Positions 21,401 to 31,555 of a DNA stretch of 64,000 bases are shown here, piece after piece. Below the pieces are notes generated by a model. It had not been told where the DNA came from and did no database searches. It saw nothing but the letters and a program-made list of their open reading frames with translations. Source of the DNA: an uncultured Clostridia bacterium (lineage in GTDB: Bacteria; Bacillota; Clostridia; Oscillospirales; CAG-272); the NCBI GenBank assembly GCA_948466345.1, contig CAOKAC010000005.1, positions 8,406 to 72,405 of the forward strand, read 5' to 3'. The position numbers and the translations under genes were made by a program. How positions within the stretch are numbered: position 1 is the stretch's first letter; each line of letters opens with the position of its first letter.

Positions 21401-22249
21401 ATGTTTTATATAGGATGTCATCTTTCTGTTTCCGATGGATACGCAGCCATGGGAAAAACCGCTCTTTCTATTGGTGCAAATACCTTTCAATATTTTACCC
21501 GTAATCCAAGAGGCAGAGGCTTCAAACGACCGGACGCGGCAGATGTGGCAGAACTTATTTCCTTCATGCAGGTGCATGGCTTTGCGCCACCTTTGGCTCA
21601 TGCGCCGTATACGCTGAATCCCGCTTCTGAAGTAGACCGAATCCGGGACTATACCCGAGAGGCTATGGCAGAGGATATTTCTGTGCTGGAGGAAATCCCT
21701 GGCGCTCTATATAATTTTCATCCTGGCGCTCATGTAGGGATTGGTGTGGAAGCCGGGATTGCCAATATTGCCGCGACCTTAAACGCGGTGATTACGCCGG
21801 GACAGAGCACTACGCTGCTTATTGAGACGATGGCAGGAAAGGGGACAGAGCTTGGCAGGACCTTTGAAGAGGTTCGGGCGGTCATAGATAGTGTGGACGC
21901 GTCCGTTCGTCCGCACGTGGGCGTGTGCTTGGATACCTGTCATGTATCGGATGGCGGCTACGATATTGCTGAAGAGACAGACGCAGTTCTGGAACATTTT
22001 GATCATATAATCGGGATTCAATTGCTGCGGGCTGTGCACTTAAATGACAGCAAAAATCCGGTGGGTGCCGCCAAGGACCGACATGAAAAAATTGGGGAAG
22101 GATTTTTAGGTCTTGCGGGAATTACAAAAATTATCAATCACCCGTTACTGCGGGACTTGCCCTTTTATTTGGAAACACCCAATGCATTGGACGGATACGC
22201 CAGAGAAATCGCCCTGCTGCGCGGTCAGCGTACAGCAACAAAAGGATAA
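21401..22249 (+). CDS. nfo: deoxyribonuclease IV (endonuclease IV)
   Basis: The ATG at 21401 follows GGTTGGAG. Motifs HAPY, NFHPG, LETMAGKG, DTCH and HLNDSK. Confidence 0.9.
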   Translation: MFYIGCHLSVSDGYAAMGKTALSIGANTFQYFTRNPRGRGFKRPDAADVAELISFMQVHGFAPPLAHAPYTLNPASEVDRIRDYTREAMAEDISVLEEIPGALYNFHPGAHVGIGVEAGIANIAATLNAVITPGQSTTLLIETMAGKGTELGRTFEEVRAVIDSVDASVRPHVGVCLDTCHVSDGGYDIAEETDAVLEHFDHIIGIQLLRAVHLNDSKNPVGAAKDRHEKIGEGFLGLAGITKIINHPLLRDLPFYLETPNALDGYAREIALLRGQRTATKG

Positions 22250-22263
22250 AGTGAAAAAGGACT

Positions 22264-22292
22264 AAAAAAGAGGGGAGCGCCCCTCTTTTTTC
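22264..22292. terminator. bidirectional terminator
   Basis: Stem agagggg / cccctct flanked by A6 and T6. Confidence 0.75.
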
Positions 22293-22295
22293 TTT

Positions 22296-24485
22296 TTAGC
22301 TAATTGTGTGAAAAGAAGACTGCATGATATGGGATATATACGTCCCAAGGAGCCGATTTTCCGGCAGCGCTAAATCTGGATCCGCGGCAATTAAAGCTCC
22401 GGCAGCCTGTACGGCAGCAGAGATAAGAGTGGTGTCGCTGCAGCCGGCGGAAAATACCAGCGCCGGCCCTCCATGTTGCCGGAAGGTTCCTTCTGAAGAG
22501 AAAAAGTCTCCTGGCCCCCGTAGACGCAGATCCTCTTCTGCAATTTGAAATCCATCGTTGGTACGGCACATGACAGACAGGCGTTGCCGCGAGGTGTCCG
22601 TTACCGCATCGGATACCAGCACGCAGTAAGATTTTGCTTTGCCGCGGCCAACCCGTCCCCGCAGCTGATGCAGTTGTGCGAGTCCAAAGCGTTCTGCGTT
22701 TTCCACAATCATCAAGGTAGCCTGCGGCACGTTGACGCCTACCTCAATTACCGTTGTGGAGACCAGCACATCCGACTCTCCTTTATAAAAAGCATCCATG
22801 GCCTGCTCTTTTTCTGCCGCCTTCATTTTGCCATGAACCAGACCAACGGTAAGTTCCGGAAGCATAGATTGCAGCATTGCCGCATGTTCTGTAGCAGATT
22901 TAAGGGGAAGTTCTTCTACTGTCTCTGTGAAAAAGTCAATATTGGATAATTCTTCTGTATCCTCTGCAGCTTTTTTCTTTTTTTGACGTTCTTCAATGGC
23001 GGGGCACACTACATAGGTTCTATGTCCCTCTTCCTTTTGCTTGCGGATAAAACCGATCAGTCTTGAGCGATAGCTTTCATTTACGGCAAAGGTGTCAATC
23101 TTTTGCCGACCTGGAGGCATTTCGTCCAGGCGGGAAATATCCAAGTCTCCAAAGAGAACCAGAGAAAGCGTACGTGGAATGGGGGTAGCACTCATGACAA
23201 GGGTGTGAGCCTGTCCTGCCTTTTCCCGAAGCAGGGCCCGTTGGTTAACGCCAAACCGATGCTGTTCATCGGTAATAACAAGGCCGAGGGCAGAAAAAGA
23301 AACGGCTTCTGACAAAAGAGCATGGGTGCCGATGACAAAATCAACCCGATCTGCATCGTTTGCCAGAGCGGCATGAATTCTACGTTTTTGCGTTGCAGGG
23401 ACAGAACCGGTAAGGAGAGCGACACGGTATCCCAGGCTTTCAAAAAGTGGGCCCAGTTCACTGTAGTGTTGTTGAGCCAGAATTTCAGTGGGCGCCATCA
23501 GTGCACACTGATATCCATTTTGCATAGCAATATAGGCGGCACAGGCGGCTACCGCTGTTTTACCGGAGCCAACATCTCCGCATAAAATCCGGCACATGGG
23601 CGTCCCGGATGCAAGATCTGCAGCAATTTCCTCTGCGGCGCGCTGTTGGGCGCCAGTGAGCTTATAGGGGAATTTTCCCAGGAGTGGAGCAAGAGCATTT
23701 TTGGATAGGAGAGGCGCGCCCCCACCTTTTTTGCCTGCTTTGATAGAAGCCATAGCAGCAGCGGTACAGAATAGTTCATCAAAGGCAAACCGTCGCCGGG
23801 CGCTTTCCAGTGCTTCCAGGCTTTCGGGAAAATGGATGTTTGCAATCGCAAACCCCAAAGTGCATAGATTGTTGCTTTGGAGTATATTTGGGGGAAGATG
23901 ATCTATTATTTGAACTGCTGCCGCTTTCAGTCCGTCTCGAATCAAGGAAGCCAGATATTTTTGAGTCAGGCCTGCGCTCAAGGGATATACCGGAACGATG
24001 GGAGGTAATGCTGTGTCCTCTGTCCACACTTCCTGAACGGGCGCGGTCAGTTTCAGAACACCACGTTCCATGGTGGGTCTGCCCCAAAATCGAAAGGTGG
24101 CTCCGGTGTGGAATACATCCCGCAGATATGGCTGATTAAAATAAGTAATTTCGCACACGCCTGTTTCATCGAAAGCGCGAAACCGCAGGATACTCATACC
24201 TCTTCGAATTACTTTATAAATAGGCTCTCCGGCAACGGTCAGAAGAAAAGCGCAGGGCGGTGCCGATTGTTTTTTTTCGGCGCCGCCCGGTTCTGCTGAC
24301 AGAGGCTGACTGCAAAGGACAGCAGCATCTGTCAGCGTTTTTATATCCGCTTTGTTTTGGTAGGCCCTAGGATAGTAATGGATTAAATCCTTTATTGTCA
24401 CGATTCCGGCTGCGGCTAGGGAGGCGCTTTTAGCCGGCCCTACGCCGCGCAGAGTGCTGACTGGACTGTCTATACAAATTTTCAA
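22296..24485 (-). CDS. recG: ATP-dependent DNA helicase RecG
   Basis: 729 aa. N-terminal LRGVGPAKSASL wedge region, Walker A GDVGSGKT, DEQHRFG, and TTVIEVGVNVPQAT. TTG start after AGGGGAG. Confidence 0.9.
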   Translation of the reverse strand: MKICIDSPVSTLRGVGPAKSASLAAAGIVTIKDLIHYYPRAYQNKADIKTLTDAAVLCSQPLSAEPGGAEKKQSAPPCAFLLTVAGEPIYKVIRRGMSILRFRAFDETGVCEITYFNQPYLRDVFHTGATFRFWGRPTMERGVLKLTAPVQEVWTEDTALPPIVPVYPLSAGLTQKYLASLIRDGLKAAAVQIIDHLPPNILQSNNLCTLGFAIANIHFPESLEALESARRRFAFDELFCTAAAMASIKAGKKGGGAPLLSKNALAPLLGKFPYKLTGAQQRAAEEIAADLASGTPMCRILCGDVGSGKTAVAACAAYIAMQNGYQCALMAPTEILAQQHYSELGPLFESLGYRVALLTGSVPATQKRRIHAALANDADRVDFVIGTHALLSEAVSFSALGLVITDEQHRFGVNQRALLREKAGQAHTLVMSATPIPRTLSLVLFGDLDISRLDEMPPGRQKIDTFAVNESYRSRLIGFIRKQKEEGHRTYVVCPAIEERQKKKKAAEDTEELSNIDFFTETVEELPLKSATEHAAMLQSMLPELTVGLVHGKMKAAEKEQAMDAFYKGESDVLVSTTVIEVGVNVPQATLMIVENAERFGLAQLHQLRGRVGRGKAKSYCVLVSDAVTDTSRQRLSVMCRTNDGFQIAEEDLRLRGPGDFFSSEGTFRQHGGPALVFSAGCSDTTLISAAVQAAGALIAADPDLALPENRLLGTYISHIMQSSFHTIS

Positions 24486-24505
24486 AACGCTCCCCTTTCT
24501 ACTTT

Positions 24506-26074
24506 TTAGTTTGTTTGCTGACTGTTATTCATCTGTGCGACCTGCTGAATATTCCGATTATGCTCTACAAGGGTTGATGCATAGAAGGTCATTCCATTGT
24601 TTGCAGAGACAAAATAATAATAATTGGAGTCCATAGGATACAGTGCATATCGGATGGCGCTGGCGCTGGGATTAGAAATAGGTCCCGGAGGCAGCCCGTT
24701 GTGCAGGTATGTGTTATAGGGGCTATCTGTGTTGTTGTTATCATCCGGGGTGATGGTTTTGGGACGCTCTCCGGTGATCATCTGCAGTGCGTACGCGGTA
24801 CTTGCGTCGCTTTGCAGCTTGGGATGCAGATCCGGACGGTTGAGGCGGTTGTGAAACACAGAAGAAATTTTTCTGTAATCGTCTGCTGTGCCGGCTTCTT
24901 TTTCTATCAAAGAAGCGATGGATAAAATCTGGTCTATAGAATATCCAAGTTCCGTGGCACGAGTTCGGTAGTCGTCGACAAACACCTGATTAAATCTGGA
25001 CAGCAGCTTGTCTATAACAGTGACTTCGCTGGAACTGTTGTAAAATTGATACGTATCCGGGAACAAGTATCCGTCCAGGCGGTAGTATCGTCCTTCTGGA
25101 ATGCCGCCTGCTTCTAGTTCGTCGACAAACCAATAATCAAAATCGTAGTTATTGATCACATCTATATAGGTTTCGCGTTCACCAATTCCGTAAGAGACCA
25201 TCAGGTCGATAATTTCATCAGTAGTGTATCCCTCCGGTATGGTGACCCAACTGGTGCCCTCTGCCGCTTTGGGTTTGAATTCCCGCCGCAGTTCGTCATA
25301 GCTCATAGAAGGCGAGACGGTGTAATCACCGGCTAAATAATCACCGGCTTCTTTTTTTAATGCGGCATATAATTTGAAAATATTGGGATAGGAAATAATG
25401 CCGTTATCATATAGGATGGAAGCGATATCCTGGGTGGTAGCATCTTCCGGTATGGTTATATCCACTGTGTCTTCACTTTTCACAAAAGCAAAGACATCAT
25501 TCCCTACGCGGATAACGAATATTGAAATAAAAATCGCTACCACCAAAACCATCACAATGTAGGTTATGGCTTTTACAGAGTTGGCCATCATATCTGCACC
25601 TAACCGGGACAAACCTGCTTTTTTGTCTGTTGGAGTGGCGGCGGGCTGACTTTGGGATGGCGTTGGCGTCCCTGCGCTTTCTGCGGTTCTGCGTGCGGCA
25701 TAAGCTGGGATTTCCTGCTTCTTCGGCGCTGGCGTGGCGGCAGGGGATGCTTGTTTGCTTTGCACCGGTACTTTGGGCGCCTTGGCAGCAGTATTAATTT
25801 TTACAGTAGGTGCAGCCGGGCCTGGCGTAGCTGCACTATTTTTTGCACCATCTTGGCTCGCGCTACGCCGATTGGCATAGGCAGGCGCGCTGTTTTTTTT
25901 CGGAGAGGAATTGGAAGCATAAACGCGAGCGGGGCGGGCTGCCTGTCCCGCATCAGGTACTGACTTTCCTGGAACATGTGCAGACTGCGGCGCATCTGTT
26001 TTTCTCTTTTGGAAGAGCTTCTCGTTGTCCTCCCCCAGATTATTATCTGGGCCTTGCTCTGGATTTTTGTACAT
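24506..26074 (-). CDS. mltG: endolytic transglycosylase MltG with a long low-complexity N-terminal extension
   Basis: The C-terminal YceG-like domain carries LASLIEKEAG and YNTYLHNGLPPGPISNP. The N-terminal ~165 aa are rich in Ala/Pro/Ser/Lys and precede one TM helix. Confidence 0.85.
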   Translation of the reverse strand: MYKNPEQGPDNNLGEDNEKLFQKRKTDAPQSAHVPGKSVPDAGQAARPARVYASNSSPKKNSAPAYANRRSASQDGAKNSAATPGPAAPTVKINTAAKAPKVPVQSKQASPAATPAPKKQEIPAYAARRTAESAGTPTPSQSQPAATPTDKKAGLSRLGADMMANSVKAITYIVMVLVVAIFISIFVIRVGNDVFAFVKSEDTVDITIPEDATTQDIASILYDNGIISYPNIFKLYAALKKEAGDYLAGDYTVSPSMSYDELRREFKPKAAEGTSWVTIPEGYTTDEIIDLMVSYGIGERETYIDVINNYDFDYWFVDELEAGGIPEGRYYRLDGYLFPDTYQFYNSSSEVTVIDKLLSRFNQVFVDDYRTRATELGYSIDQILSIASLIEKEAGTADDYRKISSVFHNRLNRPDLHPKLQSDASTAYALQMITGERPKTITPDDNNNTDSPYNTYLHNGLPPGPISNPSASAIRYALYPMDSNYYYFVSANNGMTFYASTLVEHNRNIQQVAQMNNSQQTN

Positions 26075-26130
26075 AAGTTACCTCGTTTCTCCCGCCTGTT
26101 TGATTTGGTTGGCGGAACAGACATCAGTTG

Positions 26131-27036
26131 TTATAAAAATACAGTGAGAATGACTGCAAAAACAGCAAATAGAATAAAAGTCGGAGACAGATATGCTTGG
26201 GCTGGCAGGGAAAGCTCTCCGGGCTGTCTTTTGCGGATCATTGGGGAGGGGCGATTCATGACTCCGTATCCGTAATAGAGTTTTTCAGCTCTGTTAAAAA
26301 ACAAAATTGCAGATACAAGCATGGTCACACCGATTAGAAATGCAAGAAGGATCAGACCGCCGCTGTGCTTTCCGGCGATACGGTACAGATATGTTTCAAA
26401 AAACAACACAAAGGCGTTGTTGGCCATGTGAATCAAAATAGGGGGCATTAGAGAGCGAGTGGCGCCTGCAGTCAGAGCGAGTACAACGCCCATAAAAAAG
26501 TAAATTGGCAGTCGTACAAAACTGAAATGCATCAACGCAAAGCATAGGGAACTCATAATCACCGCTACAGATGCTCCATAAGAACTGTACTCGGCAGACA
26601 AGATTCCACGAAAGAGAAATTCCTCCAACAGCGCCGGCAGCAAAGCAAAAACAATTAAAAGATATATTCGATTGACAGCTGTATCTCCTGCGGTACTGGA
26701 AAGTGCAGACGCGATAAATGCCTCAGGAAAGAGATAATACATTACAAGGCTTAGCACAATACTGCCTGCAGTCATAAATAGAAAGGCCCATGCTGTGATC
26801 GTAACATGACGGGTTTTCATGATTTCGATCCGCAGTCCCTTGCCGTAGCTGCCGCCCCGCAAAATACAGAAAAACGCAGCAGGTACGCCAAGGACAATGA
26901 GTTCTAACACCATGATAGTAAGATAGACATTTGTGTTTTTGGATATAGCTTCTATATCGATGAGATTTGCCCCGCAAAGCAGCGCACTGATAACGATGAG
27001 CAACGCGGGGGCTGCATGTATTCCTTTTATTTTCAC
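26131..27036 (-). CDS. CPBP family intramembrane glutamic endopeptidase
   Basis: EEFLFRG motif and a later FALMH motif in a polytopic membrane protein. I prefer the GTG at 27036, which forms a GTGA overlap with the upstream stop. The ORF-track start at 27078 would overlap by 46 nt. Confidence 0.75.
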   Translation of the reverse strand: MKIKGIHAAPALLIVISALLCGANLIDIEAISKNTNVYLTIMVLELIVLGVPAAFFCILRGGSYGKGLRIEIMKTRHVTITAWAFLFMTAGSIVLSLVMYYLFPEAFIASALSSTAGDTAVNRIYLLIVFALLPALLEEFLFRGILSAEYSSYGASVAVIMSSLCFALMHFSFVRLPIYFFMGVVLALTAGATRSLMPPILIHMANNAFVLFFETYLYRIAGKHSGGLILLAFLIGVTMLVSAILFFNRAEKLYYGYGVMNRPSPMIRKRQPGELSLPAQAYLSPTFILFAVFAVILTVFL

Positions 27037-27632
27037 CGGGGAACCCTCACATTTTTCTCTGTCAGCAGGATGTCGCACCGGATATCAAACCGTCCGCGGG
27101 GCACATTGGAGACAATACAGTCGTTGTAGATTACACCTATACGGCACCCATGGAAGGCGGAAAGATAGCGGTCGTAAAAGCCCATTCCATAGCCTAGGCG
27201 ATAGCCTTGACGATCATATACCAATCCTGGAACAAAGCAAACGGCGCTGTTAGAATGGACAGTGTGGTCGTATATTGGCAGCTCGGCCCCTGGTTCACGA
27301 ATGCCGTATGTTGATACGGAAAGCTCTGACAGTGAGGTTACAAAATGATATTCCATGGTTTTGCTTTGTGCGTCACACCTTGGAAATGCAATCTGCTTTC
27401 CTTTTTGCAGCGCCTCCCTTGCAATGGGAAAAACATCAATTTCCTGTTCCATAGGGGCATAGAGCAGAACAATATCCGCGTAGCGGAAACTGACCAAATC
27501 CAGAGCGGCCTGACAGATTGCGCCGTCCCGCCGGGCACGCTCCTCATGAGAGAGACTGCCGCGCAGCGCCTTGTATTGCCGGCGCATCTGGTCTTTTCTT
27601 TCTTTTAATGGGTGCGGTATATTGTTGTTCAT
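27033..27632 (-). CDS. 5-formyltetrahydrofolate cyclo-ligase
   Basis: 199 aa. The N-terminal K..R.....R pattern (KDQMRRQYKALRGSLSHEE) and the C-terminal GYGMGFYDRYL are family hallmarks. Confidence 0.85.
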   Translation of the reverse strand: MNNNIPHPLKERKDQMRRQYKALRGSLSHEERARRDGAICQAALDLVSFRYADIVLLYAPMEQEIDVFPIAREALQKGKQIAFPRCDAQSKTMEYHFVTSLSELSVSTYGIREPGAELPIYDHTVHSNSAVCFVPGLVYDRQGYRLGYGMGFYDRYLSAFHGCRIGVIYNDCIVSNVPRGRFDIRCDILLTEKNVRVPR

Positions 27633-28171
27633 GGATAAATTGCCTCGCGTACAGCGTTTGCCGCGTCGTTGCCCTTTAGCGTTTCAATTAGCGCGAGGGC
27701 AAATTCTCCCGCATATCCTGCAGCTTTTCCGGTAATAAACATTCCGTCCCGTACAACGCCTGCCTGCTCCAGGATGGCACCATGCAGGTCCTTTTCAAAT
27801 CTAGGGTAACATACGGCACGCCTGCCTTGCAGCAGGCCCCGTTTACCGGGAATCATAGGAGCGGCGCAAATTGCGGCAATATAACGGTTGTTGTCTGCTG
27901 CAAAGGAAAGCGCCGCCTGTACGACGGGACTTTCATCCAGGTTTTTGGCGCCAGGCATACCGCCGGGCAGTACAAGCATCTCCAGATCTGCAGGACATTC
28001 TGAAAAATCTTGATCAGAGAGGTCGGCTTCTACCGGGATCCCATGGGCACCACAGATTACTTTGCCGCCAATACCTACAGTGGCAACAGGAATAGACGCT
28101 CGCCGAAGCAAGTCCACCGGTGTCAGCGCCTCCACTTCTTCAAAACCTTGGGCTAAAAATAAGTATACCAT
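27629..28171 (-). CDS. DJ-1/PfpI family protein
   Basis: 180 aa with the nucleophile-elbow region IAAICAAP and the general DJ-1 pattern. An ATGA overlap couples it to the downstream gene. Confidence 0.8.
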   Translation of the reverse strand: MVYLFLAQGFEEVEALTPVDLLRRASIPVATVGIGGKVICGAHGIPVEADLSDQDFSECPADLEMLVLPGGMPGAKNLDESPVVQAALSFAADNNRYIAAICAAPMIPGKRGLLQGRRAVCYPRFEKDLHGAILEQAGVVRDGMFITGKAAGYAGEFALALIETLKGNDAANAVREAIYP

Positions 28172-28291
28172 ACGAGTGCCTCGCTTTTCGTAGGATTTAC
28201 AGATTTATTCTGCAAGAAAATTTTTTAGAGCCGCCGTTTTTGATTACTATTGTTCTGCATCCTGCCGGTTTTGCGGCTCCTTTGATTTACA

Positions 28292-30958
28292 TTAGTCCTG
28301 GGGATCTTCGCTTTTCAGTACAAGTTCCATATAATCCTGCTTGGTGATCAACAGTTCACGCGGCTTTTGTCCATCCGGGGCGCTGACATATCCCATTTGT
28401 TCTAATTTATCAATGATTTTTGCGGCTCTTCCATATCCAACAGACAAACGACGCTGGAGCAAGGAGGTAGATACCTTACCGCTTTCAAAAGCTACGTCCA
28501 AAGCAGAGCGGATAAGTGGATCATTTTCTCCAGCATCTCCAGAAACAGCTCCGCCACTGCCTTTTTTTACACCGCACATAGCGGCTTCTTCTTCAATTTG
28601 CTTCATGACATCGTCACTGTAGGCAGTACCGCCTGCAGCGTTATATTGTTTAATATAGGATACCACCGCATCCACTTCTTTTTCTGATACAAAAGCGCCT
28701 TGCACGCGCATCGGCTTAGACGCTCCAACAGGGCTGTAAAGCATATCGCCGCGGCCGATTAAATTTTCCGCACCGCTTCTGTCAATGATGGTTCTGGAGT
28801 CTACCTGAGAAGCCACTGTAAAAGCAATTCGGGAGGGAATATTTGCTTTGATTACGCCGGTGATAACATCTACGGAAGGACGCTGGGTACCGATAATCAA
28901 GTGCATACCCGCTGCACGAGCTTTTGCAGCGAGACGGGCGATAGAAGTTTCCACGTCATCCGGCGCGGTAGACATCAGGTCTGCAAGCTCGTCAATGACA
29001 ATAACGATTTGCGGCATGTAGTCATATTCCGGATCGTTTTGCGTGATTTCGTTGAAGGATGCGATATCACGCACGCCGACTGCTTCAATCAGTCCAAACC
29101 GGCGTTCCATTTCGTTGACAGCCCAGGTAAGGGAACCGGCGGCCTTTTTGGGATCGCTGACTACTGGCACCAGCAGGTGAGGCAGCCCGTTATAAATATT
29201 AAATTCCACTTTTTTGGGGTCAATCAGGATGAGCTGAACCTCCGAAGGCTTGGCCTTATACAGAAGTGAAATCAGAAGGCAGTTGATACAAACGGATTTT
29301 CCCATACCGGTGGCACCTGCAATAAGCAAGTGGGGCATTTTTTTTATGTCCATAATCACTGGCTCGCCCGCCACATTTTCTCCCAGAGAGGTGGTAATCC
29401 TGCTGGGATTTTTCTGAAATGGCTCCGTTTCCAGAAGACTGCGCAGATATACTGTTTCCGCCGTTTTATTAGGAACTTCAATGCCTACGGCGGCTTTGCC
29501 GGGAATCGGCGCTTCAATCCGCACGCCGGTGGTAGCAAGATTTAGAGCGATATCGTCTACCAGATTGGCAATGGAGCGAACCCGGGTGCCCGCTTCCGGT
29601 AGTAGCTCGTATCGTGTAATAGTAGGGCCTCTGGATGCGCCTACAATTTTCGTTTTTACGTTAAAGCTGGCTAACACACTTACCAGGCGGGAAGCATTTT
29701 CATGCAGCTCTTCTCGAATATTGTCATTTTTTTTGTGATCTGCCGCGCTAAGCAGAGACAGAGGTGGGAAATGATACTCTGGTTCAGGCACAGGCTCCGG
29801 CTTTGCCGGCTCGGCTGTTGCCACAGTGTCCCGCTGCAAAGGCAGTTCAGCGGCAGGCTCTTGCGGCGTATTATTTTCGTCATTCCCATCGCCGGCACCC
29901 AGATAGGCATCGGCAAGCTGATCCAATAGTCCGGCGCTGTCCGGATCCACTTGGGAAGTCGCTTCTTCAAATTGTTCATCCGGTTCGGGTATACTTTTAC
30001 ACACATGCGTCGACGTGTCTTCGTCTTGAGCAAAAATTTCTGCTTCCGCCTGCAGTTCCTGCGGCGTTTTTTCCTGCCGGGTCCGCTCCAGCACTTCTTC
30101 AAAAAGTGCTGTTTCGGGATTGATATGGGGTATGGCAGCGGCTGCTTCGGCAGTCTCACCCTCCGTTTTTACCGTATCTTCAAAATCTATGGGTACGTCT
30201 GTGTGGAATTTCTTTCTTCTGCCAAGCACTACGGGCGCTGGTGCCTGTGCTGGTTCAGGATATACGGTTCTGTCCGGAACACGCCGGGGAATTTCATCCG
30301 GATCCCGGAACGCGGCGGCTATGGCGCCAGACTCGCGGGCTTCCTGTCTGCGCTGGCGGTTTTCTTTGGCTTTTGCAGAAAAATAAACGTATACGTATTT
30401 GGGCGTAATTCCTGCGGCAAGCAAAATGCTGAGGATGAGCATGGCGATGATGAGCACGTAAGAACCCACCTTTTGAAAGCATACAAGAAAGAATTCCCCC
30501 AGCAGCCCACCGATCATACCGCCGCCCAGCAGCTTTGCACCCCGGCGATACATATTGATCATGCTAAATGAATCTATGGGGGACATAATTTCCAGCAGCA
30601 TAGAGGCGAGAATTACGGAAGCAATGGCAAATCCGGTACGCATACCCAGGATAGTATCTGCTTTATCAGCCAGCCATGCAATAGCAATATATGCCAAAAA
30701 TATAGGAATCACAAAGGCAGAACCACCAAACAGACCGGTAAGCAGTTTATACATAAATCCGATTACAATGCCAGGATTTTCTCCCGCGCCGCCAACAAAA
30801 CAGACAATGAGAAAAATTGCGCCAACCAGCATAAGATAGGGGGCAATTTGAGACCAAAGGGAGCGACTTGCCGTTTTTTCAGGTCCTTTCTTTGGGGATG
30901 TACTTTTTTTACTTGCGCCTTGCGGGGCGGTCTTTTTATTCTTTGCTTTTTGCGCCAT
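28292..30958 (-). CDS. ftsK: DNA translocase FtsK/SpoIIIE
   Basis: N-terminal TM helices, a long acidic and Pro-rich linker, Walker A GATGMGKS, and a C-terminal gamma wHTH LLQRRLSVGYGRAAKIID. I prefer the ATG at 30958. Confidence 0.9.
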   Translation of the reverse strand: MAQKAKNKKTAPQGASKKSTSPKKGPEKTASRSLWSQIAPYLMLVGAIFLIVCFVGGAGENPGIVIGFMYKLLTGLFGGSAFVIPIFLAYIAIAWLADKADTILGMRTGFAIASVILASMLLEIMSPIDSFSMINMYRRGAKLLGGGMIGGLLGEFFLVCFQKVGSYVLIIAMLILSILLAAGITPKYVYVYFSAKAKENRQRRQEARESGAIAAAFRDPDEIPRRVPDRTVYPEPAQAPAPVVLGRRKKFHTDVPIDFEDTVKTEGETAEAAAAIPHINPETALFEEVLERTRQEKTPQELQAEAEIFAQDEDTSTHVCKSIPEPDEQFEEATSQVDPDSAGLLDQLADAYLGAGDGNDENNTPQEPAAELPLQRDTVATAEPAKPEPVPEPEYHFPPLSLLSAADHKKNDNIREELHENASRLVSVLASFNVKTKIVGASRGPTITRYELLPEAGTRVRSIANLVDDIALNLATTGVRIEAPIPGKAAVGIEVPNKTAETVYLRSLLETEPFQKNPSRITTSLGENVAGEPVIMDIKKMPHLLIAGATGMGKSVCINCLLISLLYKAKPSEVQLILIDPKKVEFNIYNGLPHLLVPVVSDPKKAAGSLTWAVNEMERRFGLIEAVGVRDIASFNEITQNDPEYDYMPQIVIVIDELADLMSTAPDDVETSIARLAAKARAAGMHLIIGTQRPSVDVITGVIKANIPSRIAFTVASQVDSRTIIDRSGAENLIGRGDMLYSPVGASKPMRVQGAFVSEKEVDAVVSYIKQYNAAGGTAYSDDVMKQIEEEAAMCGVKKGSGGAVSGDAGENDPLIRSALDVAFESGKVSTSLLQRRLSVGYGRAAKIIDKLEQMGYVSAPDGQKPRELLITKQDYMELVLKSEDPQD

Positions 30959-31138
30959 GGAACGACCATGCCTTTCCAAAATTTTATATAGTTGCAGATG
31001 CTTTTCATAAACATCAAATAAAATGTGAATACTATGGATTACAGGGGAATTTCTGCATTCCAAACGATAATAACCTACTTTATATAATAGCAGAATTTGC
31101 CTGCAAATTCAAGGGATAATCAGAAAAAGGGTATAATT

Positions 31139-31531
31139 TTGAAAATAGCAATAGAAAAAAAGAGCGTGTGCCGGCTTGGCATTCTAGCGGCAGTAGGCAG
31201 TGCTGCAGGATTTATCAATGGCTTTTTGGGAGCCGGCGGAGGGATTTTACTGCTTTATATGTTTCACCGACTCAATCCCAACAAAGGCAGCGAGGGAGCA
31301 AGAGATGATTTTGCATCTGTAGTGGCGGCGGTGCTTCCGCTGTGTGTAGTATCTGCTGTCAGTTACAGCAGCCGAGGCAGCTTGGACATGAATTTGTTTG
31401 TGCGATTCGTTCCGGGTGCGATTGCAGGTGGTATTGTCGGGGCGTATCTTACAGACAAAATGGATACGAAGATTTTAAAAAATATTTTTGCGCTGATTAT
31501 CGTGATTGCGGGAGTCAATATGATTTTTTAA
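31139..31531 (+). CDS. half-size TSUP (TauE/SafE) family membrane protein
   Basis: ~130 aa with 4 predicted TM helices and GFLGAGGGILL. The start is uncertain (TTG at 31139 or further upstream). Confidence 0.55.
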   Translation: MKIAIEKKSVCRLGILAAVGSAAGFINGFLGAGGGILLLYMFHRLNPNKGSEGARDDFASVVAAVLPLCVVSAVSYSSRGSLDMNLFVRFVPGAIAGGIVGAYLTDKMDTKILKNIFALIIVIAGVNMIF

Positions 31532-31555
31532 AAAAGAGAGGGGGGAGCCCCTCTC

